NCBI GenBank assembly: GCA_040285855.1 | Contig: JAUFOQ010000010.1 | Coordinates: 434,001-498,000 of the forward strand | DNA length: 64,000 nucleotides | Direction of reading: 5' to 3' | DNA from: Eukaryota sp. GEM-RC1 | Lineage: Eukaryota | In this document: positions 62,119-64,000 of the stretch, piece by piece | How the letters are laid out: each line of letters opens with the position of its first letter | Position numbering within the stretch: the stretch's first letter is position 1 | Program-made: the position numbers and the translations under genes | The notes under the pieces: generated by a model | Told to the model about the DNA's origin: nothing | The model's input: only the letters and a program-made list of their open reading frames with translations | Database searches by the model: none

Positions 62119-63444
62119 TTAAATTACATTCAAATCATTTCTTGGCTTTGGTGCTTGAATAGCAGGTACAGTCAACTTATTGATTTGTTTGGTTGACGTT
62201 TCCAAGGACTTTGCAACTGCTGCAATCACAAAGAAATCAGCCATTGAGTTCAAGGCACTTCTCATAGCGTCCATAAAGAACTCCAAAGTGTACATTGTTA
62301 GGAATCCAGGAGCACACTCAGGAGACATCACACTAATTAAGGAGAAAGTCAAGCCAAAACTAGCGGTGGCTCCAGACAAACCAATAAACAAGAGGTTTCC
62401 AAATAATAATAAATAAACAATATTACCAAATGAGGGACCATCCCCAAAGAGTTTGAGAGAAATTAAAGAAAACAAAACACCGTAGAAAACACTTCCAGGA
62501 ACGTTTAGCACGGCTGAGACTGGCACCAACAACTCACGCACGTGACGGTCAATGTTCATTTCCTTTTCCATTGTTGATAACGTGATAGGGACAGTCGTGA
62601 TGCTAGATCTAGTAGCAAAAGCAAAGATTGGTGAGTTCTGAATCTTAAACAAGAACTTGAAAGGATTGTCCTTAGTTAGAATCCAATAGAATGCTGGGTA
62701 GATAACTACAGCTAAGAGAACCCATCCTACAATGAAGGAGTAAGTCAAAGGGCCCCAGGAAAGCTCGTGACCAGCAAAGGCAGTGAAGACGAGGGAGAAG
62801 ACGACGATGGAAGGAATTAGAAGGGAGACGTCAAAGACAAATGAGTTGAAGAAGACTGTGGTTCTGGCAAGGATACTCTCAGTACCAGTGTAGGAGAGGC
62901 GGTGGATGGTAACTCCAAAGAGAATGGAGAAGAAGATGATGGAAGCGAAGTTGTGGTTGACGAGGGTTGAGAGGAAGGAGGGACGGACGAAGTTACGAAC
63001 AACAGCAGTGAGAGCATCAATGTAACCAGTGAAAAGTGGAGCGGGGGCAAAGTCAGGAGAGGGGAAGGAGGGATTCTCGTAGAAGGAAGAGAAGATGAAG
63101 TAGACGATAACAGCTAGGACCGCAGAGATAGTGTGTCCGATGTAGACGTACAGTAGATAACGGAAAGTAAAGTTGAGGTTCTTTCCCGTCCTACATACAT
63201 CAATAACGTTTAAGGCAATTAAGGCCAAGATGTAGAAAACAATGATACTGGTGATGATATTGGACCACACAACACCAGGAAGCTCAACAAGGTGTAAGAA
63301 GTCGGGAGAGAGCTCCCACTTTGTCAAGACCCATGAAGTGACAGCACCAAGAAGGATTGCAACAGCTAGAATAACAACTGATCTGATGGCTGCATCCTGG
63401 TCGCGGAAGGGAAAGACCTTTTCTGCAGTTCGTGTCAAGGACAT
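62119..63444 (-). CDS. Dicarboxylate/amino acid:cation symporter (DAACS/SDF, SLC1/GltP-like)
   Basis: 441-aa polytopic membrane protein with family motifs AFATRSS..VP.T (HP1), LVPVSAVLNVPG (TM7) and MDAMRSALNSMAD (TM8). Confidence 0.85.
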   Translation of the reverse strand: MSLTRTAEKVFPFRDQDAAIRSVVILAVAILLGAVTSWVLTKWELSPDFLHLVELPGVVWSNIITSIIVFYILALIALNVIDVCRTGKNLNFTFRYLLYVYIGHTISAVLAVIVYFIFSSFYENPSFPSPDFAPAPLFTGYIDALTAVVRNFVRPSFLSTLVNHNFASIIFFSILFGVTIHRLSYTGTESILARTTVFFNSFVFDVSLLIPSIVVFSLVFTAFAGHELSWGPLTYSFIVGWVLLAVVIYPAFYWILTKDNPFKFLFKIQNSPIFAFATRSSITTVPITLSTMEKEMNIDRHVRELLVPVSAVLNVPGSVFYGVLFSLISLKLFGDGPSFGNIVYLLLFGNLLFIGLSGATASFGLTFSLISVMSPECAPGFLTMYTLEFFMDAMRSALNSMADFFVIAAVAKSLETSTKQINKLTVPAIQAPKPRNDLNVI

Positions 63445-63608
63445 TGGGATTTTTTTGGTATATTCTATTTGGATGTTGCTGTTGTGGACTTTCTTTTGTT
63501 CTTAAAGTCAAGCAACTTATGCCTGTCTATTGTCATTATATGTTGTCCTTTAGTTGTGTCACTTCTTATACAAGATGTGTACTACAAGACAGGGCTGTCT
63601 AAAAATTG

Positions 63609-63869
63609 AACCGTAAATTAATTTTGCGATGAGACTAAACCATAAATTAATTTCCGTAACCAATCCAACCCGTAAATTAATTTCCGTAACAATTTAAAAC
63701 CGTAAATTAATTTCCGTAATAAGATTTAGCCGTAAATTAATTTCCGTAACAATTCAAAACCGTAAATTATTTTCCGTAATAAGATTTAGCCGTAAATTAA
63801 TTTCCGTAACAATTCAAAACCGTAAATTAATTTCCGTAACAATTCAAAACCGTAAATTAATTTCCGCAA
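63609..63869 (+). repeat. About 30-bp tandem repeat, 9 copies, core CCGTAAATTAATTTCCGTAA
   Basis: Cores at 63611, 63640, 63670 and every 30 bp to 63850. Linkers are mostly CAATT(C/T)AAAA or TAAGATTTAG. Confidence 0.92.
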
Positions 63870-64000
63870 TTTATCAGAAAGCCATAAATGACGTCCTGGA
63901 GGCACATGAATACTGTAATTTAGACAGGGTCACATATCTTGCATGTGTAGAAGAGAGATCCCTCACGTGTGTGATTTCCTGAAGGAATGATATCAGAACT

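Noticed and set aside
63609..63869. CRISPR array
   Set aside because: The linkers are only about 10 bp and repeat each other, there are no cas genes, and the context is eukaryotic.

Overview
AT-rich, apparently intron-poor eukaryotic (protist-like) DNA dominated by 28-aa ribonuclease-inhibitor/NLRC3-type LRR genes. The first 27.5 kb hold one intact TRIM-like gene (RING, two B-boxes, helical/coiled-coil linker, LRRs; 1199-2650). It is followed head-to-tail by 18 5'-truncated copies of its 3' part, each with its own 3' flank: seven type-A cassettes (linker plus 3-7 LRRs), ten short type-B cassettes (1 or 3 LRRs) and one long paralogous copy (12 LRRs). The 84-bp LRR modules are nearly identical except at a few codons of the exposed beta-strand, and they are shuffled in number and order. 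The layout resembles an expression locus with a silent-cassette archive for a variable-specificity intracellular E3 ligase; this is inference, not demonstrated. The rest of the window holds a RING-LRR gene, seven members of a second LRR family with an unrecognised conserved N-terminal domain (one fused to an eIF4B/4H-like RRM), several hAT-type MITEs with 8-bp TSDs, fragments of an RLE-type non-LTR retrotransposon, a hAT transposase relic, a type II membrane protein, a DAACS-family transporter and a 30-bp tandem repeat. All comparisons were made by eye and no database search was run.
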